Made by a program: the position numbers and the translations under genes. Below, piece after piece: positions 15,420-28,399 of a stretch of DNA of 64,000 bases. How positions within the stretch are numbered: position 1 is the stretch's first letter; each line of letters opens with the position of its first letter. The stretch comes from Octopus vulgaris (Eukaryota): NCBI GenBank assembly GCA_951406725.2, contig OX597821.1, positions 24,738,001-24,802,000 of the forward strand, given 5' to 3'. Below the pieces are notes generated by a model. That model was not told where the DNA came from and did not search any database. It saw nothing but the letters and a program-made list of their open reading frames with translations.

Positions 15420-15950
15420 TCCGATAAGTTTTGAGACAGTAAGTCACGTGATCAAATGCTGTAATAATTATAGATAGAAACCTAAAGGTTTCGTCTCAAA
15501 GGAATGTATTCCTCTTCAGTTTGGCGAAGATGTTTTCTTTTGCACTAATCCTTAACATTATATTAACATCTGCCGGGTAACTAACTGGCTTCAAATTCTG
15601 TTCATAGTTACTTTTCTCCATCCCAGATCTTTATATCTAGTCTCTTGTGCTTGCACTGAACTCTTGACAAAAACATTCCACCAGAATTCTTTCATATTAT
15701 GCATGATGAATACCACCACACTACTGTAGCTTATTATATATGTATCCACAGGATTATCCTTTCTACGGATGTAGTTATATAATGTTCTAGCAAAGACATC
15801 ATGTTTCATAAATATGTAATGTCTTGATGGCATTTTCGGCCAATTACTTGATGTGGGTAACCTTCTTAGCGTTATCCAACTTAGTCTGCGCCGGTTATCG
15901 CTTCTAGGGAGTTTACCAGCGTCCTTATCTGTTTTGTTCATCAGGTATTG
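15420..15950 (-). mobile_element. RLE-type non-LTR retrotransposon C-terminal remnant (R4/Dong-like)
   Basis: ORF 15591-15941 PKMPSRHYIFMKHDVFARTLY...KEFWWN resembles the CCHC/RHD region; downstream VSYPADVN resembles the endonuclease EVSCP.D motif. Confidence 0.6.
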
Positions 15951-16599
15951 TTACAGTTTCCTGCTCTTGTATTGCAAACGCTTATCGTTCAAAGTGAGAG
16001 CTAATATTCCAGTTTTAATCCAGAATATATTACTCTGGTTATGTATGTTGCTAGCATTTCAAAGCTTTTTGGAAATATTGTAAAGCATATTGCTAATATG
16101 TACACATATTTTCTTCTGATGACCTGTTACGGTAGAGTTTTATCCGTTAAACACACAGTCATACAACCCTTTCTCGCCGTTTAATGGTTATCAAAAGCAA
16201 AAAATGATACGAAACGAGCATTTCATTCATAGCTATTGAGAGAATCTTGAGAAAATTGATTCTTCACTCATTTAATTTTTCAACAGGGATATGTAAACAA
16301 ATAAGTATTTAATATCAGTTAGATTTTATGTAACTTTGAGTCTTAACTCATAAAATGCTGGCTATTGTCATAACATAGTTACAAGCTGGTATCGCGTTAT
16401 GGTATAAGTTTTTAACCAACTCTTCCCGAGCAGGAAACATTGTGGCCCAACAAGAATCCGAAATTGTATTTTGTTTTAAAAATATATAGTAGTACTATAA
16501 TGCTGGTGACAAATATTTTTTGCTACATCTTGCTTAATAAAACATTATTTGTGTTTATTTTCATTATTGCCCCTGTATGACGTTTTTTTTTAGATATAT

Positions 16600-17004
16600 T
16601 ACTCTTTTACTCTTTTATTTGTTTCAGTCATTTGACTGCGGCCATGCTGGAGCACCGCCTTTAGTCGAGCAACTCAACCCCGGGAATTATTCTTTTTGTA
16701 ATCCCAGTACTTATTCTATCGGTCTCTTTTTGCCGAACCGCTAAGTGACGGGGACGTAAACACACCAGCATCGGTTGTCAAGCAATGCTAGGGGAACAAA
16801 CACAGACACACACATACATACACATATATATACATATATACGACAGGTTTCTTTCAGTTTCCGTCTACCAAATCCACTCACAAGGCATTGGTCGGCCCGG
16901 GGCTATAGCAGAAGACACTTGCCCAAGATGTCACGCAGTGGGACTGAACCCGGAACCATGTGGTTGGTTAGCAAGCTACTTACCACACAGCCACTCCTGC
17001 ACCT
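16600..17004 (-). mobile_element. tRNA-derived SINE, family A, full length
   Basis: Minus strand aggtgcaggagTGGCTGTGTGGtaag...GGTTCAGTCCC (A and B boxes), cttgggcaagtg core, internal microsatellite, tail (AAAAGAGT)n. Confidence 0.92.
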
Positions 17005-17099
17005 ATTGTAAGATATATTATACTCTAGACTATGATGTTATCGAATGTGCTCTCCCTTAAGGGGATTTGGCTAGTAATTCTAGTAGGTTAACCATGTCA

Positions 17100-18015
17100 C
17101 TGTTCTGGTCGTTCCAGCTGGATTGCATCGTTGAGGCGGTGCAATTACCAAACGTAAAGCTCTGCATTAATCGTGTTGTTTTCAAACATTTCGTAGTGGA
17201 TTAGTCCTTCCTAATTTCACTAAACGTAGGTCATTGTCTTGCATAGATGCACCTCTAGTTTGGTTGGTGATGTCGCTTGCTTGTTGAAACTCATCCTTTC
17301 TTTTCTCTGCTTCATATCAACGTGAAAATACCATTTTTCATCAACGAAGAAATCTTTGTTTGTGTCCACCAATAGATTGGTATCGAGCGAGCAAACTGGC
17401 GATGATAGAGGAACGCTGTAGCTTGTCTCAATTGTTCAACGCGTATAGCATTCATGGCACCGAGTTTTGGGATATTACTCCATTGAGTGAAGGTAACAAT
17501 TAACGGTACCAGGAGAACATCCTATCTTCTGGGCCAATCCCTAAGTGAATTGGCACGGATCTTCGTGGATAAGCTCGTTGAATCGAGCCTCATCGAACTG
17601 AACAGGTCATCTGGAGCGCAGAGAATCTATGAGGTCGAATTTACCCTTCTTGAAGCCTGAAAACCATTTCTTGCAGTTCTCTCAGTAACAGCGCCTTCTC
17701 TGTACACTGCACAAATGTTTCAGGCGGCTTTGAAAGGTTTTTTTTAACCTCGATTGAAAGTGAAGAGAAACAAGTGTTGAACATGTTCGTTCTTTTTATT
17801 TTTTTTTTTCTACTTTACTCTCTATCGTCATGTCTGAAAAGAGGTCAAAATTGTATAAATTTCAGAAACGGTTCAACAGAAGTTGTAGAGAAAGAATAGA
17901 ACAACAAAAAACATCAAAAAACGACAACATAAAATACTACGATAAAAATATTTTACGTATTAGTTCTAGTAACATTGCAAAGAACCGCATGAATTTATTT
18001 ATCTAAAAACCCAAT
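17100..18015 (-). mobile_element. Degenerate mariner (Mos1/SETMAR-like) transposase remnant
   Basis: Minus strand fragments NEHVQHLFLFTFNRG, ICAVYREGAVTERT, GLIHYEMFENNTINAELY, RLNDAIQLERP; homologous to ORF 46030-46572; multiple stops and frameshifts. Confidence 0.85.
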
Positions 18016-18491
18016 TTTTCACAAACTTTTGTGCAATTTGTTCTCGTGTCACAGTAATACAAGTCAGAGGTTACTGAAGCAACAAGATTGTTGTACGATT
18101 TATACTGCGATATATCGATAGTATAATCTCTCAGTAAGGTCATGTATTTTGAAAAAGATTTCTATGAGAAAATAGTGTAAATGAAACATTCTATGAACAT
18201 GTGGATATCAGTGATGCGCATAGACTTTCAGAAATTCAGATGCGTGAAAATAAAAAGAGCATTCCACTAAATCTTTTTTAATGAATTCTATATCATATTG
18301 GCAACAGACACACACGCACACACACACACATACACACACACACACACACACACGCACACACACACACACGCACACACACACACGCACACACATACACACA
18401 CAAATAAAAAAGAAACAATGAAAAAGTCAATTTCAAAATTGTATGTACAAGACATTCTTGAATTCCATTAAACGCATCATCTTTAGATGTT

Positions 18492-18874
18492 ATTCTTTTA
18501 TTCTTTTATTAGTTTGAGTCATTTGACTGTGGCCATGCTGGAGTACCGCCTTTAATCGAGCAAATCGACTTTGTAAGCCTAGTACTCATTCTATCGGTCT
18601 CTCTTGCCGAACCGCTAAGTGACGAGGACATAAACACCCCAGCATCGGTTGTCAAGCGATGTTGGGGGGACAAACACCGACACACAAACATATACCTATA
18701 TATATAATATACGACGGGCTTCTTTCAGTTTCCGTCTACCAGATCCACTCACAAGGCTTTGGTCGTCCCGAGGCTTTAGTAGAATACACTTGCCAAAAAT
18801 GCCACGCTGTGGGACTGAACCCGGAACCATGTGGCTGGTAAACAAGCTTCTTACCAAACAGCCACTCCTGCGCC
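18492..18874 (-). mobile_element. tRNA-derived SINE, family A
   Basis: Homologous to 16600-17004. Confidence 0.9.
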
Positions 18875-18984
18875 TGTTATGTTGAAGTTATTATTTTAAA
18901 GCAAGTAACAATAGAACATTTACTGTGAGGGGAATTCAATACTGAAAGTAGAATCTATTTTATTCTAAAATTAGTTTTGACTGG

Positions 18985-19020
18985 GACTGTACGTTTCGCC
19001 TAATGGCTTATTCAACAAGA
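18985..19020 (-). ncRNA. Degenerate minimal hammerhead (Penelope-type) remnant
   Basis: ttg-TTGAATA-A-GCC(atta)GGC-GAAAC-GTA-cag: stem II, palindromic ACGT stem III and GUA site intact; core has two changes from CTGAAGA. Confidence 0.5.
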
Positions 19021-19401
19021 CCGGTCGAGTAAGCTGTCAAGCGAAACTTAAAGTCATACATACAGTCAAAACCATTATTGTCATATACGTTATTTTTATA
19101 TATCAAGCTGATTAAAGAAAATATATGAAAATTTGTAGTAAATATCAGGCATGCTTTTATTGCAAAATTTTCAAGAAATATGGTTATATTAAAATATTCG
19201 ATTTAGTATAGAACCATTATTCAATTTTACTTACTCGTCAAAGAAATTAGTCTATTCTGCTGGACATGAATTTATACATGCAATAACTGGAAGTTCTAAA
19301 TTAGATTTATAGAAATAAGCATGTACAACACTTAAGCAGCAATAGAAAACTTTTGACCATTATCAGGAAAATACAAAAGAAAAAACTATATTTTTGATCA
19401 T

Positions 19402-20012
19402 AGAAATATTAAAATTACTAAGTCTCTCTAAAGGAGATTACGGCAGCGTTACTGGAAATTAATAGTTATCGCCATACTTATATGACAGTCTTATAAATAT
19501 AAGACTAAAGCTGTCGCTGATTAGCTCCAAGAGGCCACCGCCTCAAGCTAGCTATTTGACACACAACCTGCGTCCATTATAAACCTTCAAACAGGGGAGG
19601 TCAGCCGACTTATAAGACTGCCATATAAGTATGGCGATAACTATTAATTTCCAGTAACGCTGCCGTAATCTCCTTTAGAGAGACTTAATAATTTTAATAT
19701 TTCTATTATTGAAAACAAGTGGATGTATTCCACTGAAACTAGGTAAATAGATTCTTCGAACAGGGACAGTCAGTAGCGACACCTGCTGGGTCTGACTACG
19801 CTGCATTGATAAAGGGCAAATACCCTGAAACATGTCTGCAGCTGTCTGACTGGCATGATGAAGCGGCTGACCTCCCCTGTTCAAAGGTTTATAATGGACG
19901 CAGGTTGTGTGTCAAATAGCTAGCTTGAGGCGGTGGCCTCTTGGAGCTAATCAGCGACAGCTTTAGTCTTATATTTATAAGACTGCCATATAAGTATGGC
20001 GATAACTATTAA
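19402..20012 (+). mobile_element. Retrozyme/Penelope-like non-coding element: 365-nt unit, terminal direct repeat, 5' inversion, 15-bp TSD
   Basis: ttataagactgccatataagtatggcgataactattaat at 19610 and 19975 (period 365). 19402-19607 is the reverse complement of the unit end plus unit start. tatatttttgatcat flanks both sides (19387-19401, 20013-20027). HHR at 19800-19842. Confidence 0.82.
19800..19842 (+). ncRNA. Type I hammerhead ribozyme motif with two core transitions
   Basis: GCTGCA-TTGATAA-AGGG(caaata)CCCT-GAAAC-AT-GTC-TGCAGC: perfect 6-bp stem I, 4-bp stem II, palindromic ACATGT stem III, GUC site; core TTGATAA versus CTGATGA. Confidence 0.8.
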
Positions 20013-20039
20013 TATATTTTTGATCATCTACCATAAAAT

Positions 20040-21780
20040 GCAAACTGAAGAACAGAACCAAAATACTTTAATAGATCATAATAGCTTTCGCCAATTAACT
20101 AAGTGCTGGAAATGTTTATTACTTCACTACCAACAGGAGTGTCTTTCTCAATCGTGAGCAACGTGAAGTGAGAAAGCCTTTCTTCTACACCACAGAGGCT
20201 CCGTAGTTTTTACTGATTTAATTTGAGCTACGTAAAGAGATGCTTCACAGTGACTATTGTATTGGAAAGCGCTGCATAAGTTTTACATAACACATACACA
20301 CACAGCTGGGAAGACGAAACCAGCATCGTTTTCTTTGATACAATAATTGAGGTGGATCTCAGGTAATGTTTTAACATGAATGAAATACGCTCAATTCTGT
20401 CAAAACTTTTGTTCTCCTCTTCAAAACCATACAACTTACAAACAATATAAATATATTGAGCTTTAGAAGGGAGCCTCTATGATTTTCCTGTGTTTTTTTT
20501 CATCATTTCCTTTGAATTTCTTCCTTACTTCTTGAGCAAATGTGTAACATATATTTTTACCTGACAGATCTATCATGGCCCTAACCCCTCATATTTTCTC
20601 TGTAAGCCACTCTCTGTGACAGTTGATCTGTTGTTGCAGGCATACTCGAATTGAACGTCGCTGTTTTGACCAGAAATTTCCTTTGGAATGTCAATACTTG
20701 CATCTTGTGCTAGTTGCGTTACATTTTTATATAATACCTTTAGTAAATATATTACCTTCAATCCCAAAACCATGAAGTCACTTCAGCACTCTATCAGTCA
20801 TTTGTACAAGAAGCTAGTAAATCAAGGTGCTATTGCGGGAAGACATCTGATGCAGTAGCTGTCTCCATAAATTCTCGTGCTGCAATTTCAAAGCGAAGAA
20901 TTAACTAAAAAAATTGATGCTATGTAACACTTGATGGAATTCCAGCTAAATTTTCCAGCAAGTGAAGGGTCTAGTTTCATCTTCAGCAGCAGTGTCTCGT
21001 GGACTACTTTCACACGTCTTGACTAGAAACTATTCCAGAGCCGAAAATATCTTCCTTAAGTTTTCCATAGATACTTCTCTGCGAGGCTGCCTCTTGTTAC
21101 AGAGCTTTTTCGGTTCTTGAACATACGATCCAGTGTAGAATGAACAGTTAAGTTCTGATGTATGAAGCTTACCGCTTGAAATGAAACTTTATAACTTTTC
21201 TACTTCATTGAAGAATGTGACAAAATAACAACTTGATTTTATGCAATACGCACAAAGTTCAAGCAGTGAACATATAAAGCTGTTTCTCATTGTGAAGAAG
21301 AATCCTCAGGTGAAGATCCTTGTACGATCAAACAATGTTGACAGATCTATCACGGCCCTAACCCCTCATATTTTCTCTCTGTAAGTCACTTCTTTCAAAA
21401 GAAAAGGAGATGAAGACAAGATTATCTCCTCCAGCTTTTCAGCAGTTGTAAACTTTATATCACACCTCAATGAAACTTTCACATACATACCGTATGCACA
21501 GACAAGCCTGCTCAGTGAAGGGAGACATCTGTACGTTCATGCAGAAGAAATGCTCCGTTGATTTTATTTGTTATCGATTTTTTCAAATAAGTAACCCAAA
21601 ACTTGGGTATATCCTTCTGAATACAATCTGAGAGCATTGACATCTGCGATTTCTTTTAATATGCAACACACTTGATGGTTCTCAGCAATACGGTTATATT
21701 TGGCAAAGAGGTGGACCAAATCAAAGAAGTTTCCAGTGTTTAATCGCGTTTGATATTCCTGTAGTTGTGAAGAAAATAAG
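20040..21780 (-). mobile_element. Degenerate hAT transposase remnant (Tip100/ZMYM1-like)
   Basis: Minus strand fragments ETALYVHCLNFV (hAT CxxH region), FFNEVEKL*SF, ISGQNSDVQ, ERISFMLKHYLRST (dimerisation domain); ~50-bp internal duplication at 20563-20611 / 21340-21390. Confidence 0.7.
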
Positions 21781-21961
21781 AAAAAAATATCAAAATAGCA
21801 AAAATAATAAATTGTTCTCTAGCAAACTTACATAAACATCAGTCACAAATATAACCATTTGTAACGATTTTTTTCTGAATTTCGTAAATTTTTATATATC
21901 TATGATGATAATGTCGGAAAAAGTTTAACGTTTCTTTTATTGTTTTATGTACATTTATGCG

Positions 21962-22047
<86 letters not shown>

Positions 22048-22428
22048 AAGTTGAAAATGTACTGGGAGTTTTTTAGATAGTTTATTTTTAAAGACTTAAC
22101 CGGTTTTGGTGTGTTTATGTCACGTAACTTAACGGTTCGACATAAGTGACCGATGGAATAAAATAACTTTCTTTCCTATATATATATATATCAAAATAAA
22201 CACAAACTCAAAGGCTTATATTTTGAATGCATTTAACGCACATGCTTCTAGTTGCATAACAACTAGGGACACGTGTATTAAATGCATTTGGCTTTGTATT
22301 TATTGTGATATCAAGTAACTCTTCCCCATATCAATCTAATCTGTCTTTGCTTAGATAAATCAGTTTAACACAGCAAAGATTCCGTAGTAATAGATTACTT
22401 AACTGGGCCGAAAAAGCATACTATTCAC

Positions 22429-22489
<61 letters not shown>

Positions 22490-23744
22490 CATGCATGTAT
22501 ATATTGTTTGTAGGTGATGCACCTATCTTATTATAAAATGATAAATTCATACTCTATTAAACATATTTCAAGGATTGGTTTGCTTTGTCGTTACAAAAGG
22601 CTTAGAAACAAATTTTTTTATCTTTACCGCTCCTATGTTTTAATATTGATTTGTAATATAGATATAAAGCCAGATACATTAAAGGGAATGAGCGGTGAAA
22701 GGGTTTATCGTGGGAAAGACCTACCTTCGTACTTTAAGAAAACTTATATCGTTTTGTAAAAACTTATCCTGGTATTTTTATTCCCTTTTAATGAAAATGA
22801 TATCTTTATGAATCAATTTCATATTAAAAGTGTATGCGTTTTGCATTATTTCTTTAGTTTTAATATTCGCGTATTGGTAACTGTACTAAGTCAACTCCTT
22901 TGACATGTTGATTTAGTAATAGTGGAACCAGTAGCTAAAAGCCAAACACGTTACTAACGTGTATTTTCTTCAAATTAAAAACTTGACAAATTAAAAACTT
23001 GACAAGAAGAGCAATTTTTATATAAAGAAAAGAGCAGGAACTCAGGCACACCGGGACCTACCCTCTCCTTGTGTACATATATGGCTTCTATAAGCATATA
23101 GTGTAATGTATAGTGTTTCCATAACGTTTGTATATATGACTATCTAGTTAGCTATCTAGCTAGCTGTTCGTGTGCGTGTGTATTTTAACCCAGATCTAGC
23201 CGAAACTTCAGCCACTCTTAGTGATGTCGAGAACTATGGAGAAAATTCAAAAGACAAGTGATTAAAATAAAGAATTACCATATGACCTTATTAGTTTGAG
23301 TAGTATTTTATTTTTCTTCACACAACTTCGGCTTCCTCTAACGAGAAATTAATTTTCCGCTTCGCTGTTTCTAGTGTTGTAATGTGAGCTCAAGTCGGTT
23401 TCGAACCGTAAGGCAATCTTCTGTATTGAAGTAAGCAGTTTGATGTGTCGGTGACAAATGCTCCTGCTGCTTTGTTGAATGAAAAGTGTGTAAAAGTGAC
23501 AAGATATACAAACAGTAAACGTGTTTGGTGTTTTTCTTACTGTTTCGTCTCTTAACTTCTTAATTCACAAGGGTATGAAAGTTTGCCAAAAACCAATTTT
23601 TTGTCCACATAATAACGACCGTGGAAACATATACAAACATCAACACGTTTCTATCCCGGAGTTTAAATTGAGAAATTATATACTTGTAAAGACAATATAC
23701 TGAAAACAACAGGCAACAATAATAAAGGATCTAGACGTTACAGA

Positions 23745-23812
<68 letters not shown>

Positions 23813-24244
23813 GATATGGATGTTGGTGGGATGTCATATGACGTGAAAGGTGGATATGAAGTTAATGCTTCGTCAGCCGTGTCTTGTAACTGGTGCCTTG
23901 CCAGCTGAATGGAGACCTCCTACCGAGAAATGGCTCTCGAGTTCACAGGTATAAAACGCGAGTTGCAATCAGCCGGTGGAAGTTTGTGTGGGGAGCACCG
24001 TCATTTAGATGTCATTACCCACGTGACATCTAATGGGTGGGGGGACATGAAAGAAATAAGCCCCTACAACCAGCAACTGGATAACTGGACACGTGAATCA
24101 TTACACTCTCTGTAATTTGGCCAACGCTTCTATTTATTTATTCATTCATTCCTTTATTAATGTTGGAAAGACTTTCACCACGGTTCTTCGTAATTTGAAA
24201 TGCAAGAAAACGATATACGTCGGCATATCACCTCTTTCTCTCTT

Positions 24245-24314
<70 letters not shown>

Positions 24315-24656
24315 GCTGTATGTGTATGCATGTGTGAATGGTGTCTGTATAGTATTTAGCTACGCATGTATTATGAATGCATGAATGTATTATGCATGTA
24401 TACGTTATGCATGAATTTTTTACACGCAAGTATCTAATTATACGCATGTATTTGCGCAACATGTTTAAAATTTGATATATCTATCAGTAAAATGGGTGAA
24501 AAAAGTATGAGAAAAATAAGCAGCTCAGAAATGCCCACCACCGTCTACCTCACCTCACCAACACCTTCGTGAAAGAAACGAGTAGTGATAAGGGTGTATA
24601 TAAGATATGTGACCTTCAGCTTTATTTATCACTATTGGTGGGACTTTATATATATA

Positions 24657-25117
<461 letters not shown>

Positions 25118-26162
25118 TTGATGGTGGTGACAACGCCTTGTTTGTTTTTCGTTATGACTTATCCGTCTTTTAATTATACCTTCCTCTACTCACATTTAAA
25201 AGAAAAAACTTTTTTATATTTTTCCTACCACCACCACCATCACCATCATCATCATCATCATCCTCTTCACCTCACCTCTTTCTTCTTTGTTTTTCGTAAT
25301 GACTTGTAACCCTTCTTTTACTTTATCTTCCTCTACTCACATTTAAATAAAAAAAACTTCTTTGTTTTCCTTCTCCTACCACCACCACCACCACCATCAC
25401 CATTATCATCATCACCCTCTTCACCTCCCTTCCTCCTTCTTCTCCTCCTTCTCCTCTTCCATCTCTGTCTTCGCCTCTTCTTCTTCACCTCACTTCCTCC
25501 TCCTTCTTCTCCTTCTCCTCCTCTTCCTCTGTCTTCGCCTCTTCTTCTTCACCTCCCTTCCTCCTTCTTCTTCACCTCCTTCTCCTCCTCTTCCTCTGTC
25601 TTCGCCTCTTCTTCTTCACCTCCCTTCCTCCTCTTCCTCTGTCTTCGCCTCATCTTCTTCACCTCCTCCTCCTCCTCCTTTTTCTTCTTCTGTCGCCAGC
25701 TTACCGTCACTCTCCACGTCTTCACACCCCTTCCCCACCACCAGTCACCAAAATGATGACCTATTCACCAATAATGACATACTGACAAAGTCACGTGCTT
25801 CTTTCTCTCCCTCCGTCTCTCTCCCCTCTCTCTCTCTCTTTCTCTCTCACTCTCCACCTCATATCAACATATTTTCTTCCACTTCAACGTGGCACGTGTT
25901 ATTGTTATGATTATGGTTGCTGTTGCTGTAATCTTTGTTATTATTGCTGCCGCTGTTGCTGTTAACGCTGTTCTTACGACTGCTGCTGTTGCTGCTGTTA
26001 TTAATGATTTTGTTAGTAAGGGACGTTGGTACTGTTGTTGCTGTCACTGTGGTTGTTGTTGTTGTTATTATGGCTGTGAGCCTGGCAAGCCTCGCTTGAC
26101 CTCGTTCCGTGGATTTTACAAGAAAAAATACATAATAGTGTATCTGCACCCTTCAAATTTAT

Positions 26163-26376
26163 ACCTATTTCTTTACTACCCACAAGGGGCCAAACACAGA
26201 GAGTTCAAACAAGGACAGACAAACGGATTAATCTATTATATCGACCCCAGTGTGTAACTGGTACTTATTTAATCGACCCCAAAAGGATGAAAGGCAAAGT
26301 CGACCTCGGCGGAATTTGAACTCAGAACGTAGTGGCAGACGAAATACTGCTAAGCATTTCGCCCGGCGTGCAAACG
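26163..26376 (-). mobile_element. tRNA-derived SINE, family B (central gtcgactttgcctttcatcc...ggggtcgat domain)
   Basis: B-box gagttcaaattcc; central domain resembles the Meta/MESC-type SINE domain as I recall it; tail aaagaaatagg. Confidence 0.85.
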
Positions 26377-26477
26377 ATATCGTGGACAACAGGTTAATTG
26401 CCGTCGGGTGGTGAGTTTAATTTCCTGTTTTGTCAGGTCAATTGATTTTGTTTTTAATCATAGGTGTTTGAGTTTTC

Positions 26478-27465
26478 GGGTCTGTTCAGTTTCGATCACA
26501 GATTCTTTTAATTTTTTTTTTTTTTTCAACTAAACAGTCTGAGACTTCGTATACTGGTGTAATTTCTCACACTGAACACGGCTTACTTTCAATATTTTTG
26601 ACAAAGTTTCGTATTTTAGAAGTTATTTCGTGTTAAAGTTGTCATATTTGGGTAATTTTAACCAATCAACGACGTGTATTCAGCTGAAGAAAGTTACTGC
26701 TTTTTGCGATAGTAATCGAAAAGGAACAACTTCCGGGTCATCTCTACTAAATGTCACCATTCTGTTTTATTTTATGTTTGTTTACTGCCTGTGTTACATA
26801 TTACACGCTTTGTTTTGCTTTGTTTTTTGTTTTTGGTTTTGGTTTTGTTTTTGGTTCTAGCGTCGGAATAACCAGTAAACATCGGAGAATCAACACCAAG
26901 AAGGAAGAAATATTTTTTACATATATTCATTCGTTTGCCTGACATGATACAGCAGTAATTGTAGTGGCAGTGACAAATTGGCTCTCTGGCTGGCTGTAAT
27001 TAGTGTAGAAGTAGCTACCTGCCAGTAGAGAGGGAAAGAGTAAGGAATGCATGGAGTTGACTAGAAAGGAAGAAAGATAAAGGTGGCATCGTGCTTCTTG
27101 CGACCGAAAGCTTCTCTTTTGCGTCAGCTATGACCAAGGAGAAATACTTTCCCTTCGCCCTTCGTTTGACGTACGAATAGAACAGAGTGGCGACATTTGG
27201 TAGAGATGGCCGGAAGTTGTTTCTCTTCGATTACTATCGCAAACAGCAGTAGCTTTCTTCAATTGACCACACGTCATTTATTGATTAAAATTACCTAGAT
27301 ATGACAACTTTAACACTAAATAACTTCTAAAATACGAAATTTTGTCAAAAATGTTGAAAGTGGACCATGTTCAGCATGAGAAATTACACCAGTATACCAA
27401 GTTTCAAACTGTTTAGTTAAAAAAGCAAATAATTAAAAAGTCCGTGAGCGAAACTGAACAGATCC
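26478..27465. mobile_element. MITE with ~250-bp inverted arms, GG termini and 8-bp TSD (Merlin-like)
   Basis: Ends gggtctgttcagtttcgatcac / gtgagcgaaactgaacagatcc; flanks gagttttc (26470-26477) and gcgttttc (27466-27473). Confidence 0.8.
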
Positions 27466-27637
27466 GCGTTTTCCCCACCAACATTGAGAAAATACAACAA
27501 AACACGGTGATGCTCATTTGTAGGAGAGGGGGAGAGAGTGAGCAGCATTACCAAACGTCAATGAGAGGGTGTGCAAGTGTGGCAAACAAATTAGCACAGA
27601 AAACGAATTAGCGCTAAGAAAAAAAGGGGTAAATTCA

Positions 27638-28393
27638 TACTTTCACACCAGACTCGATTAGGGTTGTAAATAATTTTTTCTGACAGTTTTTGGGGGTGCA
27701 ATCGTCTTAGTTGACCTTGTAAGTTGTCGGAAACGCATTCTCTCCTCGGAAAACGGAGGGGGTGGGGAGGGACGAAACCTCGAAAACTCCCCTTTCCGGC
27801 TCCGATTTCACTTGGAAATAATTTTTGTTTTATTTTATGTTATCATCGTAGTTGCCCTCCTGATATACTGCAAATGCATTTTTCGAAGTAAAACGGTGGG
27901 GGTTGGGTGGGATGCACTCTCGAAAATCCTCCGGCCCCGATTTCACCGGAAAATTTTTTTTCATCTTTTTTTTTTGTTATCATCTTACTTGACCTCCTAA
28001 TATACCGCAAATGCATTTTTTTCTGTGTATATATTTTATACGTCATAAAAATACTGTCAAGTAATTGTAAACAGGGTTTGTGCTGGAATCAATCCTTCAC
28101 CAAAGTATTGACCATTCACTAAAATTGTAAACGTCTTTCGAACTTTCTGTCTAAGAACCCCTGCAGTGCTATAGTTCGTGCTGAAGAAAGTCAAAAGCAG
28201 ATGGGATCGGAAAGGGGAATTTCCGAGGTTCCTTCCTCCCCTCCGTTTTCCGCAGAAAAAATGCATTTTCGACAGCTTGCAAGGGTAACTAAGACTATTG
28301 CAGCAAGACCCCACCCCACCCCACACACGCACACACACACAAAAAACGCGGAAAAGATTATCTACTACCGAAATTGAGTCTGGTGTGAAACTA
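27638..28393. mobile_element. MITE with ~170-bp imperfect TIRs and 8-bp TSD (hAT-like)
   Basis: Ends tactttcacaccagactc / gagtctggtgtgaaacta; flanks taaattca (27630-27637) and taaattta (28394-28401); internal direct repeat at ~27835 / ~27975. Confidence 0.75.
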
Positions 28394-28399
28394 TAAATT

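Noticed and set aside
19402-20012. DIRS-type ITR/ICR element
   Set aside because: The repeat geometry is similar, but a 15-bp TSD and an internal hammerhead favour a Penelope/retrozyme origin; DIRS elements generally leave no TSD.
23388-23430. Possible decayed HHR on the minus strand (CAGAAGA...CGAAACCG)
   Set aside because: Core, stem II and cleavage triplet are all imperfect; too degenerate to call.
23811-24140. Possible solo LTR (TG start, tataaaa box)
   Set aside because: No identifiable CA end, TSD or second copy in the window.
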